The notes under the pieces are model-generated. The model was given only the letters and a program-made list of their open reading frames with translations, was not told the origin of the DNA and did no database searches. Shown piece by piece: positions 26,572-39,773 of a DNA stretch of 64,000 nt. Position numbers and translations under genes: made by a program. The DNA is from Octopus vulgaris (Eukaryota). Each line of letters opens with the position of its first letter. Position 1 is the first letter of the stretch. The stretch lies in the NCBI GenBank assembly GCA_951406725.2, contig OX597814.1, positions 109,368,001-109,432,000 on the forward strand, in the 5' to 3' direction.

Positions 26572-27010
26572 CTGAAAAATGGGACCAAAAGAATCTGTTC
26601 ATGACAACAAACCATGCGGGTGGCAATTTTAAATTAATGGAAATAAGTTTGCCTGGTTACAGTCCACTTTACATGGCTTTAGTTCAAAACAGTCCATCAC
26701 CAACTCTGGTCATTTCAATAGTGAAGTTGGTGTTAGGGTTAGGGTAACAAGGATTACATAGGTGAAACAAAACTTACTTTTAGAAAAAGACTGACTATTC
26801 ATTGTCAACAAATGATACCCCAGTACTAAACAGATCCCACTGAGGTGTAGCTGTGAAGTAAGAAGTTTGCTTCCCAAACACATGTTTCTGGTTTCAGTCC
26901 CACTGCGTGACACCTTGGGCAAGTATTTTCTATGGTAACTCTGGGCTCACGAAAGCCTTGTGAGTGGATTTGCTAAACAGAAAGTGAAAGAAGCCTGTTG
27001 TGCATGTATA

Positions 27011-27048
<38 letters not shown>

Positions 27049-28317
27049 GGTATCTGTGTTTGTCCCCTACAACTGGTGTTAGTGTGTTTACATCCCCATA
27101 ATTTAGCAATTGGCAAAAAAGGCCAATAGAATAAGTACAGACTTAAAACAAAAGTACTGGGGCCAATTTATTTTTACTAAAAATGTTTCAAGGTAGTGTC
27201 CCAGCATGGCCATAGTCTAAAAAATTGAGAAAATGATATAAATGATATCTGTCACCGCAATTATTCAATGTGTATTTCTTTAAGATGGTAGGTTGTGATG
27301 TTGAGAAAATTTGGTTGCCATTTCTAGCAGATTTAGAGGCCACATACAGGCTATGTTAGCAGCAGATGCTCATATTTAAAGTCCTGTGCATAAAATTATC
27401 TGTAGGGACATGATGGCAAGAAGAATAGTTCTGGAGCAGTGGTTGTCAACCATTTCTAGCCTATTGCATGCCTATTTTATTCCACAAGATCCCAGAGTAA
27501 TATTTTTATCATCATCATCATTTTACGTTCGCTTTCCATGCTGGCATGGGTTGGACAGTTTGACTGAGGACTGGTTAGCCAGAAGGCTGCACCAGGCTCC
27601 AATCTGATCTGGCAGAGTTTCTACAGCTGGATGCCTTTCCTAACGCCAACCACTTCGAGAGTGTAGTGGGTGATTTTATGTGCCACTGGCAGGCGGGCCA
27701 GTCAGATGGTTCTGGCAATGACCATGCTCAAAAGGTGTTTTAACGTGCTAACTGCATGAGAGCCAGTCTGGCAGCATTGGCAACGACCACGCTCAAATGT
27801 TGTTTTTCATGTGCCGCCAGCACAGGTGCCAGTAAGGCGACACTGGCAACGATCATGCTTGAATGGTGCTTTTTACATGTCACTGGCAAATGTATAAACA
27901 CTATCTGAACATGGCTGATGCTAGTACCTCCTGACTGGCTCCTGTGCAAGTGGCACATAAAAGACACCCACTACACTCTCAGGGAGGTTGGCATTAGGAA
28001 AGGCATCCAGTCGTAGAGACGTTGCTAGATCAGACTGGAGCCTGGTGCAGCCTTCTAGCTTGCCAGTCCTCAGTCAAACCGTCCAACCCATGCCAGCATG
28101 GAAAGTGGACATCAAACGATGATGAGGACGGTTTTGTATATTGTAGAAGTATAAATGATTTACTGCAGATAAATTTTAACAGCAAAATCTTATATTGACC
28201 CCCACTGGCCCTGCATAGGAACCTTGGTTGAGAACTACTGACTTTGAGAGTTGCCACAATGAAGAGGGAGGGAGGGAGGGAGGGAGGAAGGAAGAATAAA
28301 TATTGTAAATGCCTTAC

Positions 28318-28420
28318 CTCTTTAACTTTTGGCCACCAAACAGTAGGCACAATTTCAATAAGTCCTTTATCGTCCGGGGGTTTAATGTGAAGAAAGACGG
28401 GAAATTTAATCTTGTCAAAT
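28318..28420 (-). CDS. RNF123: RNF123 exon 13 (FDKIKFPVFLHIKPPDDKGLIEIVPTVWWPKVKE)
   Basis: U12 branch point TTTCCTTAAC and AC acceptor; GTAAGG donor; PTxWWP motif. Confidence 0.95.
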
Positions 28421-31153
28421 GTAACAACAGTTAAGGAAACCAATGCAGAATAAGTTTGGAGCAATGAGTATTTAGAATAAAATATGTGTGTGTGTGTGTG
28501 TGTGTCCGTGTCCGTGTGTATGTGTCCATGTGTGTGTGTGTGGGTGTGCCTGTGTGTGGGTGTGTCTGTGTGTGTGTCTGTCTGTATGAATGTGTCTGTC
28601 TGTGTCTCTGTGTATCTGTATGCGTGTGCCGTGTTTCTGCGTATAAGTGTGTATGTGTGTAGATGCAACCATGGCCGTGGGATTAAGATGTTTGGCTCTT
28701 AACAACACAGCCATGTTTGTATCTATACAGGTATGTATAGATGCATGCACAGAATGTACAAAAGCAATAGGTTTTTCAAGAAATATAACAAAAAACAAAC
28801 ACACCCAATCCTCTACACTTAATTACAACATGCAACTCCCAAAAAACACAGAGCTTTATAACATTATCCACCAGAACAGATATATGTGCAAAAAATAAGT
28901 CCCTCAAATTCCAAGTATTCCCACAATACCGTTGTTCAGTCAATGCCACAAATAAATGAAGAAGATATATTCATACAAAATTACAAGGCAAAACTGAATA
29001 AACTTTAACAAAGCACATTTATCAATGACTATTCACACACAAACACATTCTGCCACCAGACATGTTGAATCTACACTGCCAACAACCTGAACTTTGGACA
29101 CAATCATGACGTTTTCTCCTATGATACTGACACATGAATTTAGTGGAGAACAAAATTTATGGCTACTTACATACATTCAAATCATAATCATTTCAGCCAC
29201 TGGACTATATAGCAACAACTCCTGTCCACTCTACTACTTGACAGATTAAATTTAGAGAGCCTTGATTCTTTGGGACTGTCACTAGACATGTTCACTCAAC
29301 CATGTCAGCCTAAACTAACCCCAAAAAGCATTGTTACATGACATCAAACACAGAGAACTTACAAAAATTTCTAAGTCAAATCATGTTTTCTTCCTGTTAA
29401 TCAAATTGTATCCTAAACAGATACTAATTTAAGCTATGATCTCTTATAATAAGAACAAGAAAATTTCCAAGCAAGATAGTTGCTTGAATAACTCCATGTC
29501 TTCCTATCTCACTTAACTTAATCAGAAACTGGTTGAGCTTTCAAAAACAAATTATCTAAAAGGCTCAGTTCATTTTCAATTTCTTTTTCTATGTTTCTAC
29601 GTGTGTGGAATAAAATAATTGTTTCATGTGTATATGTTAAAAGCACCATTCGAGTGTGATCATTGCCAGGGTTGCAGACCGGCTCTCGTACTGGCGGCAC
29701 GTAAAAAGCATCATTTGAGCGTGGCCGATGCCAGTACTGCCCAACTGGCCCTCGTGCTGATGGCACATAAAAAGCACCCACTACACTCTCAGAGTGGTTG
29801 GCGTTAGGAAGGGCATCCAGCTGTAGAAACTTTGCCAGATCAAGATTGGAGACTGGTGCAACCTTCTGGCTCACCAGCCCTCAGTCAAGCCATCCAACTC
29901 ATGGGAAGTGGATGTTAAGTGATGATGATGATATATATATAAGTACATATGCATGTATATGAATATATATGTATAGTGTTTGATTGTTTTTCTGGCTTCA
30001 GTCTTAAATTGTATCTATCCTGGGGCAAGACCATCAAAAGTTTCACTGATCATACCAACCCCAGTAATTCTTTGCCAGTCCACTACTAATTTTACTAATC
30101 TATATCTAAGATAAAGCAATTCTGGAGATGCAGTAGTTCTAAATAGTAATATATATAATAATAGATCCGAAAAAAAAAAATATTCTAACATTATTCACAT
30201 TATTTACCTTAGATGAATATGTGTCCTCATCATGTTTGTTGTTACCACAATGTTTTGGCTGATTTACTCCCCAGCCTTCATCAGGTGTCCTGGTAGAATT
30301 TTGAATCCAACCCTGGGTTCTCATTCCTAAGGTATTTTTTGCTGATGTTATTATTATCATCATTATTGAGTGAGAGAGCAGTGCATGCCATCAAAGTGAC
30401 ACTGGGGTAAAATATACGAAGCCCAGTATACCCATCATGAGTACCCGTCTGATAAGGGTACACTAGGCACATGCATCACCACCAAATGTGCGCAACATGG
30501 TGATCTCATATCAAGATAAACAACACATGACCTTGCAGGTGAGGCCCAGTTAGAATTTTCTTCTTGTCGAGTAAACCCATCCTGTTCAAAAGGTCCCTGA
30601 ATAAGGGTTGTTTAAGGATGTTGAATGAACCACCCATGTTTCCAGAGGTGAATTATTCAAACCCCAAAGTATCCCTCTCAACACATGGCTATGATGCTCC
30701 CCCACTACTTCTGCTCGTGATCAGAGATGCACATATCGTCAGCCACCAAGGGACATAGTCAACTGGTTAAGGTCAAACAACTGACAAGCAAATCTGTGGT
30801 ATTGAGCAGAATATTTGCTGTATTATTATTATTATCATTTATTCAAGGCACTGCTTGGAATTTAAATTGAAATCTTGGGGTTAGTAGCCCATGCTCTTAA
30901 CCATTACACTATATGCCCGTGGGCAATTATAGAGTGAATTTTAGGGCTTATAAACCTAATATTCAGCCGAAATGTTGTGGTAACAACAAACAAAATGAGG
31001 ACTCATATCCATCCAATGTAAATAATGTACAGAATTCTTCATCTCTAAAATATAGAACAGGAATATACTAACATTCAAGAAACTCTATGGAAGATATACA
31101 GTTTTGTTGGTTAAATTTACAATGATTACATATAAATGAAAAACAAAGGATAT
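28421..31153 (-). other. U12 (minor spliceosome) AT-AC intron of RNF123
   Basis: 5' splice site ATATCCTTT; branch point TTTCCTTAAC followed by TGTTGTTAC|exon; the join restores the frame (V-L-F-D). Confidence 0.95.
30365..30820 (-). mobile_element. Retroposon 3' segment inserted into the (TAA)n linker of a hammerhead-SINE copy
   Basis: Splits the 30185-30960 element; (TTA)n on both sides. Confidence 0.55.
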
Positions 31154-31227
31154 AGCACATGGGACAATAGATGGTGCCGCGTCTGGGAATGCTTCAATAT
31201 TGCCAAGGTCAAACTCAAATACATTCT
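31154..31227 (-). CDS. RNF123: RNF123 exon 12 (RMYLSLTLAILKHSQTRHHLLSHVL)
   Basis: tccag acceptor; U12 donor ATATCCTTT; resembles human [23 protein letters not shown]. Confidence 0.93.
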
Positions 31228-32454
31228 CTGGAAATAAAAAAAAAAACAACTCATATATAGATTTAAGCAAAATTTCTTAAAAAAAACATAGCAAAAATTA
31301 CCCACTTTTTCACACATTGTCTAGAAGGATTGTTTTTCTGAGACAGTTACCGTATCAAAGGTATTTCCATGATTTAGAATACATGTATGAACATGCTAAA
31401 CATGCATGTCAACAGCATTTAGAAGCATTAAATTAATTTTCTTCAAGTTATATACTTAACTCCAAATTTGTAACATGGAAAACTTACAAATGTTAAACAT
31501 TTTGTCTGGAAGGTTTGTTTTTCTTCTTTCAAAGATCAAAGATATTTCAAGAACAACAAAGCTGTTTCAATATCAGTTTCAGATTTCAGTACAAGGCCAG
31601 TAATTTAAAGGTAGGGGTAAGTTGATGGCACTGCCCCCCCCCCTTCCCCCGTTCAATAATTGGTACTTATTTTATTGACCCCCAAAAGGATGAAAAGTAA
31701 AGTAGAACTTGGCGGAATTTGATCTCAAAATGTAAAGACAGGTGAAATGCTGCTAACCATTTTGCCTGACGTGCTAATGGTTCTGCCAGCTTGCCACCCT
31801 ATTTGCTGTTTGGATGTAAGAACAAGTTCCTAGTGGGTATCAATGACAACCCAGCATCCATAGCTGATGGCAGACAACAACACAGAAATGCCTTCATCCT
31901 ATGGTTCCAATGACATCATTCACAGCCCACTGAAGTGTTTTTCACATACATTGTCTACTCTTTTTCTTCAGTCATTTGACTGTGGTCATGCTGGAGCACC
32001 GCCTTTAGTTGAACAAATTGACCTCAGGACTTATTCTTTGTAAGCCTAGTACTTATTCTATCAATCTATTTTGTTGAACTGCTAAGTTACGGGAACATAA
32101 ACACACCAGCATCAGTTGTCAAGTGATGTTGGTGGGGTCAAACACAGACACACAAACATATATATACATATGAGAGGGATGACCACTATGTGGACAACCC
32201 TTATGCTAGAAGTAGATCTACTATGGTCTTACCACTAATAAATGTTCTCAAGAAAAATTTAGCAAACTGGTGTTGTCCACACAGCATAAGGGTTGTCCAC
32301 ATAGTGGTCATCCCTCTCATATGTATACAATACAGTTTACTGAAACTTCAGACTTTAATATGCTAAACAACTGGTGTTAAGTTGGATGTTAATTAAATTA
32401 ATATCCAATTTCTCACCCTCATTTAATATTTTTATATATATATATATATATGTT

Positions 32455-32830
32455 GGAGGTGCAATGGCCCAGTGGTTAGGGCAATGGGCTCGCAGTCGTA
32501 GGATCACGGTTTCAATTCCCAGACCAGGCATTGTGTTTATTGAGCGAAAACACCTAAAGCTCCACGAGGCTGCTGCAGGGGGTGGTGGCGAACCCTGCTG
32601 TACTCCTTCACCGCAACCTTCTCTCACTCTTTCTTCCTGTTTCTGTTGAACCTGTATTTCAAAGGGCCAGCTTTGTCACACTGTGTGTCACGCTGAATCT
32701 CCCCGAGAACTACATTAAGGGTTACACGTGTCTGTGGAGTGCTCAGCCACTTGGATGTTAATTTCATGAGCAGGCTGTTCTGTTGATTGGATCAACTGGA
32801 ACCCTCGTCATCGTAACCAAAGGAGTACCA
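32455..32830 (+). mobile_element. tRNA-derived SINE inserted in (TA)n
   Basis: TGGCCCAGTGG A box, GGTTTCAATTCC B box; (TA)n on both sides. Confidence 0.8.
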
Positions 32831-32831
32831 C

Positions 32832-32869
<38 letters not shown>

Positions 32870-33132
32870 TATATAAAATGGGCTTCTTTCAGTTTCCGTC
32901 TACCAAGTCCACTCACAAGGCTATGGTTGGCCCAAGGCTATAGTAGAAGACACTTGCCCAAGGTGCCATGCAGTAGGACTGAACCCTGAGCCATGTGGTT
33001 GGGAAGCAAGCTTCTTACCACACAGCCACTCCTGCGCATCTTTTAGGAACACTAGTAAATTTGTATTAGGAAATCTGCAAATTTAAAACTCTTTGAGAAT
33101 AATGGAATAAAAAAAAAAGACAAACAACTTAC

Positions 33133-33225
33133 TGGGTATTTGAAGTCGGCAGTTATTGGAGAAAAACGATAAGCTGTTAATAGTGTGATGATTAAATTTT
33201 CAAGACAAGCTTTTAATTCAAAATC
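33133..33225 (-). CDS. RNF123: RNF123 exon 11 (DFELKACLENLIITLLTAYRFSPITADFKYP)
   Basis: ttcag/GTAAGT; YRFSPI motif. Confidence 0.95.
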
Positions 33226-35308
33226 CTGAAATGAATGACAGAAATACGTTTTCATTTTTTAAATCTTGGAATGGCAAATATCACCTTTATGAACAGACAA
33301 ACAAACAAGATATGGAGATAGCATCAATATGCTCATAGCAGGGCCAACACTGTACAAGAAAAAGCCAAGCTCCCTAATTTAGAAGTGATTTGGTGCAATG
33401 AAACCAATTAAGTTTTCTCCCACAACTCATCAATGGCGCTACTCACTCAGGTCAATGATATCTCCTGTTCCCTTGTCCTTCAAGTTGAGTCCCCTTCGCT
33501 GTCACTTAACACCGTCTCCTCCCTGACCCACTCCTATTTCTTTCCCTTCTCCACAGACCCTACCTCCACCAATGTACCCCATTCACTGCATCCATCTCTA
33601 ATCATCTGCCACATGCTTTTCACCCTTTTGTAAACTTACCCATCCAATTTTTCTGTATATTTATCCCTATGGTCTCTCTCTCTCTCTCATACTCAACTTG
33701 TACCCTAAGGGTCCTCTTTCTCTTTTCCAGCTGGGGAAGCCCTGTATCTTCTTCAGCAAGACTCCTTTTCTTGTCCCTCTATCATACTTTCACCCCCACT
33801 TTAATACTAAACCCCCCACTCAGTTAAGAGGTCTTGTGCTGCAAGTTACTTGGTGACCTCATTAGTGCTGGTACCCCGAAAAGTGCACCCAGTGGCTGGT
33901 GCCAAGGACAGTATCCAGTTGTAGAAACCGTGCCAGAGCAGACATTGGAGCTTGGTAGAATCCTTTGGCCAATCGGATCCTGTCAAACTGTTCAACCCAT
34001 ACCGGCATGGAAAGCAGACTTTAGTGATGATGGAACTTCTGCTGGCTGGGACATATTGAAGAAGCAGGAGAAACTCAATTGCTGAGACAAACACTCAACT
34101 CACCATTGCTTGGTGGTACGGGAAATCAGGGTGGAAATGAGAGAGGCTCAATATAACCAGAGGTGATTGGACACGGCTACCTGCAGCTGAGGACAGAAGC
34201 TATTGGAGGAGATTAAGTCACTTTTGATGCTTTGACTAAAGATATTTCATATGGACAGTCACCATTAAGGATCAATGGACAACCTTTGACTTGTTTTATC
34301 AATTTCTATTTGTGAAACTGCTAAGTTATGGAGCATACTGGAACATAACATAAACAACACAGATACACACAGACACACATGTGAACATACACAATGGATT
34401 TTTAAAATTTTTACTTGTTTCAGTCATTTGACTGTGGCCATGCTGGGGCATCACCTTTAGTCGAACAAATCAACCCCAGGACTTATTCTTTGTAAGCCTA
34501 GTACTTATTTTATTGGTCTCGTTTGCTGAACTGCTAAGTTATGGAGATGTAAACACACCACCATCAGTTGTCAAGCGATATTGGGGGGACAAACACAGAC
34601 ACACAAACATATACACAAACATACATATATATCTATACATATATACGACAGGCTTCTTTCGGTTTCCGTCTACCAGGTTGGTGGCACATAAAAAACACCC
34701 ACTACACTCTCAGAGTGGTTGATGTTAGGAAGGGCATCTATTTGTAGAAACCTTGCCAAATCAGATCATATCTGGTGCAGCTCTCTGGCTTACCAATTCT
34801 TAGTCAAACTGTCCAACCCATGCCAGCATGGAAAGCGGACATTAAATGAAATGATGATGATGATGATTTTGTGCATTGTGGAAGTATAACCATTTTATTG
34901 CACATAAATTTTAACAGAAAAGTCTTATATGCCCCGCCACCCACTGTTGGGAGCCACTGTTATAGTAGAAGACACAAAACCAAGGTGCCATGCAATGAGA
35001 TGGAACTCAAGCCGGTGTAGGTGTGAAGCAACCTTCTTAAGGATACAGCCATTCCTGCACTTCCAAATTCAAGTCCAGCAACAGCTGACATTAGCCATTG
35101 TTTTTCTCAGATCAATAAGGTATGACTCAAACTAATTGATTGTGACAGAATGGAATCAATATTAGGAAAGAAAAAAAAAAAAAATAACAAAAGTCAATCA
35201 ATATTGATTATAGCATAAAACACCAAACTTAATAGGAGAAAGAAGAATGGGAGAAATTAACGTAAATAGCATTAAGTACCACTGTCCTTATTGTCTACTG
35301 TCTTTTAA

Positions 35309-35778
35309 CCCTTTCGTTACCAAACCGATTGAAACCGGCTCTGGCTCTGAGTACAAATGTCTTGTTTTCAAAAGTTCTGAATTAAAATCTTCCACCAAAT
35401 CTTAGTCACAATTTATGTTCCTAACACTAGCTGAATGATAACTAAGTTATTTTACTAAATTCTTTCTTATATTTAAAAGTAATTGAAAGAAACACAGAGC
35501 ATCTCAACAGAAATATGGTAACGAAAGGGTTGAAATATATAATAGAGGAACAATTCTTAACCCTTTTGTTATTAACCTGGCTGAAACCGGCTCTGGCTCT
35601 GAGTACAAATGTCTTGTCTTCAAAAGTTCTGAATTAAAATCTTCCACCAAACCTTAGTCACAATTTATGTTCCTAACACTAGCTGAATGTTAACTAAGTT
35701 ATTTTACTAAATTCTTTCTTATATTTAAAATTAATTGAAACACAGAGCATCTCAAAAATAAATACAGTAACAAAAGGG
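35309..35778. mobile_element. Two adjacent copies (35309-35529, 35561-35778) of a ~220 bp piggyBac-type MITE; older relatives at about 2720-3060
   Basis: TTAA|CCCTTTcGTTAc ... gTAACgAAAGGG|TTAA termini; near-identical internal sequence. Confidence 0.85.
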
Positions 35779-35857
35779 TTAATTGCCTGGTTCTCACAGA
35801 ACCTGGCTGCTTGTAAAGTCCTGTTTACAATGTCCTCCAAAGTCAATTGTTGATTAG

Positions 35858-35918
<61 letters not shown>

Positions 35919-36691
35919 CATATGTGTGTTAATATCTCGCTTATTTGTCAACATGAGAGCAAAGATATTATGGCTAGTTGTTCAGCACTTTTTAAAGAGC
36001 TGTAGTCTATAAAAATCTCTTACCTGTAAAACAGGTGAGGGTTGGTGACAGGAAAAGCATTTGGCTGTTAAATCCTGTCCCAAAATATCTCCCTGTTTAA
36101 CCCATGCTAGCATGGAAAACATGATGGATTGAGAGAGGGCTGCAGCAGCACTAAGTTGGTCCTCATTTACAGCTGAATAGACTGGGCAGATATGGAATGA
36201 AGTGGTTGGGAAGCAAGTTACCACACAGCAATGCCTACACCTATATTCTTTCTTTTCCTTCTTTTCTTTATTCTTTACTTGTTTCAGTTGTTTGACTGTG
36301 GCCATGCCGGAGCACCACCTTTAGTTGAACAAATCAACCCCAGGACTTATTCTTAGTAAACTTAGTACTTATTCTCTTAGTCTCTTTTGCCAAGCTGGTA
36401 AGTTAGAGATGTAAACACACCAACATCGGTTGTCAAGTGATGGAGAGGGACAAACACAGACACACAAACACACAACAGGCTTCTTTCAATTTCCATCTAC
36501 CAAACCCACTCACAAGGCTTTGGACGTCCTGAGACTATAGTAGAAGACACTTTCCCAAGGTGCTACGCAGTGGGACTGAACTTGGAACCATGCGGTTGGT
36601 AAGAAAGCTACTTACCACACAGCCACTCCTGTGCCTATAGTTTATAAAATAGTTTACAAAAAATACAAAATCAAAATGCCATGACATTAAC

Positions 36692-36817
36692 CTGCATAAG
36701 TGTCCACATGGTGTCTAATAATTTTGATATGTATGGCTGTTCAGACAGGCAAGATTCAGCATCACAAACTTTTAACATGAACCTTAAGAGGCAAGCTTCT
36801 ACGATATAGGCACTTTT
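36692..36817 (-). CDS. RNF123: RNF123 exon 10 (KSAYIVEACLLRFMLKV...SKLLDTMWTLMQ)
   Basis: cacag/GTTAAT; resembles human YLVEAVL...LDLLWLFME. Confidence 0.92.
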
Positions 36818-37932
36818 CTGTGGAAGAAAGCAAAATGAGAAAAAACAAACATTAAATATACATTTCATTTAATATCATTTTGGATTTTTATTTTTATATA
36901 AACAACAGAAATTTTGTTGTGTCTGGGGAGAGTCATTTTCTTTTTGTGTCTTATTATGTAACACACTCACCGGTAAAATTTCCACTTTTTTCTTATTTTT
37001 ATTGTCCTAAAATTTTTGTTGTGTCTTGTAACCTTTTCAATAGTTTTGACTCTGTCGGTTATTTACACTGCGTTCCCTTTTGATTGTTTGTGTGCATGTG
37101 TGTGGGTCAGTGTGTATGTGTTTGCCTATACATGCTTGCATGTACGTAGGTATGTATGTATGTGTGTTTGCATGTGTATGTATGCATGTATGTGTGTGTA
37201 TGCATATGTATGTATGTATGTATGTGTGTGCATTTGTATGTACGTATCCTGCATATTTATGTGCTTGCATGTCCATGTTTGTCTATTTTCTATGTATGTG
37301 TGTGTGAGTATGTGTTTGAATATGTATGCACCTCTGTCTCCTTGTGCGTGTGCATGTCTGTGTGTGTGTGTGTGTGTTATGCAACTATGTACCAGAAATT
37401 TTGTTTTGGCATTTGGTTTGCAAGATTCTTTTAGGGAGTTCGTGTGTTGAAGCATATACTGTTGTGTCTGGGGAGAGTCCTTCTCTTTTAGTGCCTTATA
37501 ATTTAACACACTCACCTGTTTCCACTCATTTACTTATTCATTTTTCTAAAATTTTTGTTGCATCTTGCAACCTTTTCAATAACTTTACTGGTGAGTGCGT
37601 TAAATTATAAGGCACTAAAAGAGTGACTCTCCCCAGACACAACAGAATATGCTTCAACAGAAATTTTAATATGGTTTAAAATTTGAAATAGAAAACATTT
37701 GTAATGGATGAAATCAAAAATTTAAGATGTATTGAAACAAAAACAGTGATTAAAACTCTGCAGCATACAAATTACTCTGTCAAATGTAATACTTATTCAC
37801 ATCATTTTGAATTAATTATGCATTATCTTGTAGCTTCAAGATTTTGATGATGTGATTGTATATTTTTCGAATGACATTGTAAGGTAGGTGTGAGAGGCAA
37901 GATCTGGTTAGTTGGAGCATAAAACAGGTAGA

Positions 37933-38312
37933 TCAAGAGCACTCAGAGAGGGAAAACCTCCAGCAAGGCAATACCAATTCCATCTCAACGATTAGCCAGA
38001 GAGGATTTTTAAAATGAAATAAACTCTGAAATAAACTTGACTGCTCTCACAAATGAGAAAACTAAAAATGAACCTGACTGCTCTCAAAAGTTAAGTAAAA
38101 AAAAAACAGGAAAAATAATCCAGAATCCTTGTCTGGTACCGAATTGGTCCCAAAATCTAACCAGTATGTACCAGTCATTAGGCCAAACAGTCCTGAAAGT
38201 TTCATCCGAATCCATCAAGCAGTACTTGAGATATCTTGTCCACAGACAAACAAACAAACAAACATGACTGTAAACAATAACTCTGCCTCTGCCTTCACTA
38301 AGGCGGAGGCAA
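37933..38312 (+). mobile_element. Non-autonomous repeat with a 3' hairpin, possibly Helentron-like; second copy about 60846-61132; nested in a TTAA-type MITE (37760-38355)
   Basis: Two homologous copies; terminal ctctgccttcactaaggcggag hairpin. Confidence 0.55.
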
Positions 38313-38606
38313 TAATATTTGAGCCAGACATAGCCAGTTTAAATGCTACAGGTTTAAGCATCGTTTGTTATTTAAGTGGAGGTTAAACTATTTTCAGAGA
38401 AAAATCCTTTCATGGCTTGAAATTGCCATCAAATCTTTATCATTTCTTGCTTTCCAATGGATATGACGAAGCAAATGACCACCCAACCATCATGGTGCTT
38501 CATTATCTGCAACTTTAGAATGGATCTCTTATCTTTTAACTAACTGCAACCTTAAGAAAAAAAAGATATGTTTTAACTAATTAAAATAATAAAGTTTTTA
38601 ACGAAC

Positions 38607-38735
38607 CAATAATGTGGCAAGTTTGTTAAACAAGTGCGCAGCAACTAGAAGTAAATTGCATTGACGGCTGCGAGTATCACCGAGGGCTGGAGGTTGTAAA
38701 TCTTTCTTCTCAGCAGACCAGGATTTGCGTTCAGA
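38607..38735 (-). CDS. RNF123: RNF123 exon 9 (SERKSWSAEKK...NLLLVAAHLFNKLATLL)
   Basis: ttctag/GTTCGT; phase 0-0; resembles human LLTLAHIFHHFAPLL. Confidence 0.88.
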
Positions 38736-39718
38736 CTAGAAGAGATGAAAATACAAAGAAGACAAAGACACCATGTTTAAGAAGAACAAATAAATTAATT
38801 GAAGGTGCTTAATTATTTGCAAAAAGATTTTTTTTAATTGGTAAAAATATTCTTTCTATAATAAGACAACTATCTCTGTTCATGTATTATATTCTAACCT
38901 CTCACCTGGCTCACACCCACTTCCCTCGGTTATATTCCCTCTCTCAGCTGAGAGATCTTTGTCTTGCAAGCTACTTGGTAACCCCATTGGGGCTATGTCA
39001 AAAAGCACCTGTAACAGGCTTTAAAAAAAAAAGAAAGTACTGAGGTCAATTCATTCAACTAAAACCTCTTCAAGGCAGTGCCCCAGCATGGCCACAGCCT
39101 TAATGACTAAAACAGATAAAAGATCTGTGGTGATGGTTTCCACCTGAGCATGCTGATAATGAGTAGACAATATTGATAGTGCCTAATAAGGCAGAAATGC
39201 ATCCAGTGTCTTCATTTGGCACTGCTGGGATGAGCTCCATCTCCCTCATATATATAAACTGGAAATCTGCAATGGCTCCAGAACTACTGCCTCAGTTATA
39301 ACCTTGGAGCCCTAGTAATCCTTTACAGCACTTACCTAGCATACTTAATCTTTTAGATCACTTGTGAACTAAACCTCCATACTTTGTGCGTGTGTGTGTA
39401 TATATGTATATATATATATATATATATACATACATACATACACACACACACATATATATCATCATCATCGTTTAACGTCCGATTTCCATGCTAGCATGGG
39501 TTGAACGATTTTGACTGAGGGCTGGCGAACCAGATGGCTGCACCAGGCTCCAGTCTTGATCTGGCAGAGTTTCTACTGCTAGATGCCCTTCCTAATGCCA
39601 ATGCCTCTGAAAGTGTAGTGGGTACTTTTTACGTGCCACCGGCACAGGGACCAGTCAGGCGGTACTGGCAATGACCTTGCTCGAATCTTTTTACACATGC
39701 CACTGGCACAGGTGCCAG

Positions 39719-39770
<52 letters not shown>

Positions 39771-39773
<3 letters not shown>

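Noticed and set aside
28940-29400. Unique-looking segment similar to 55330-55620
   Set aside because: Patchy similarity fits an old unclassified interspersed repeat; no ORF, termini or structure to support a more specific call
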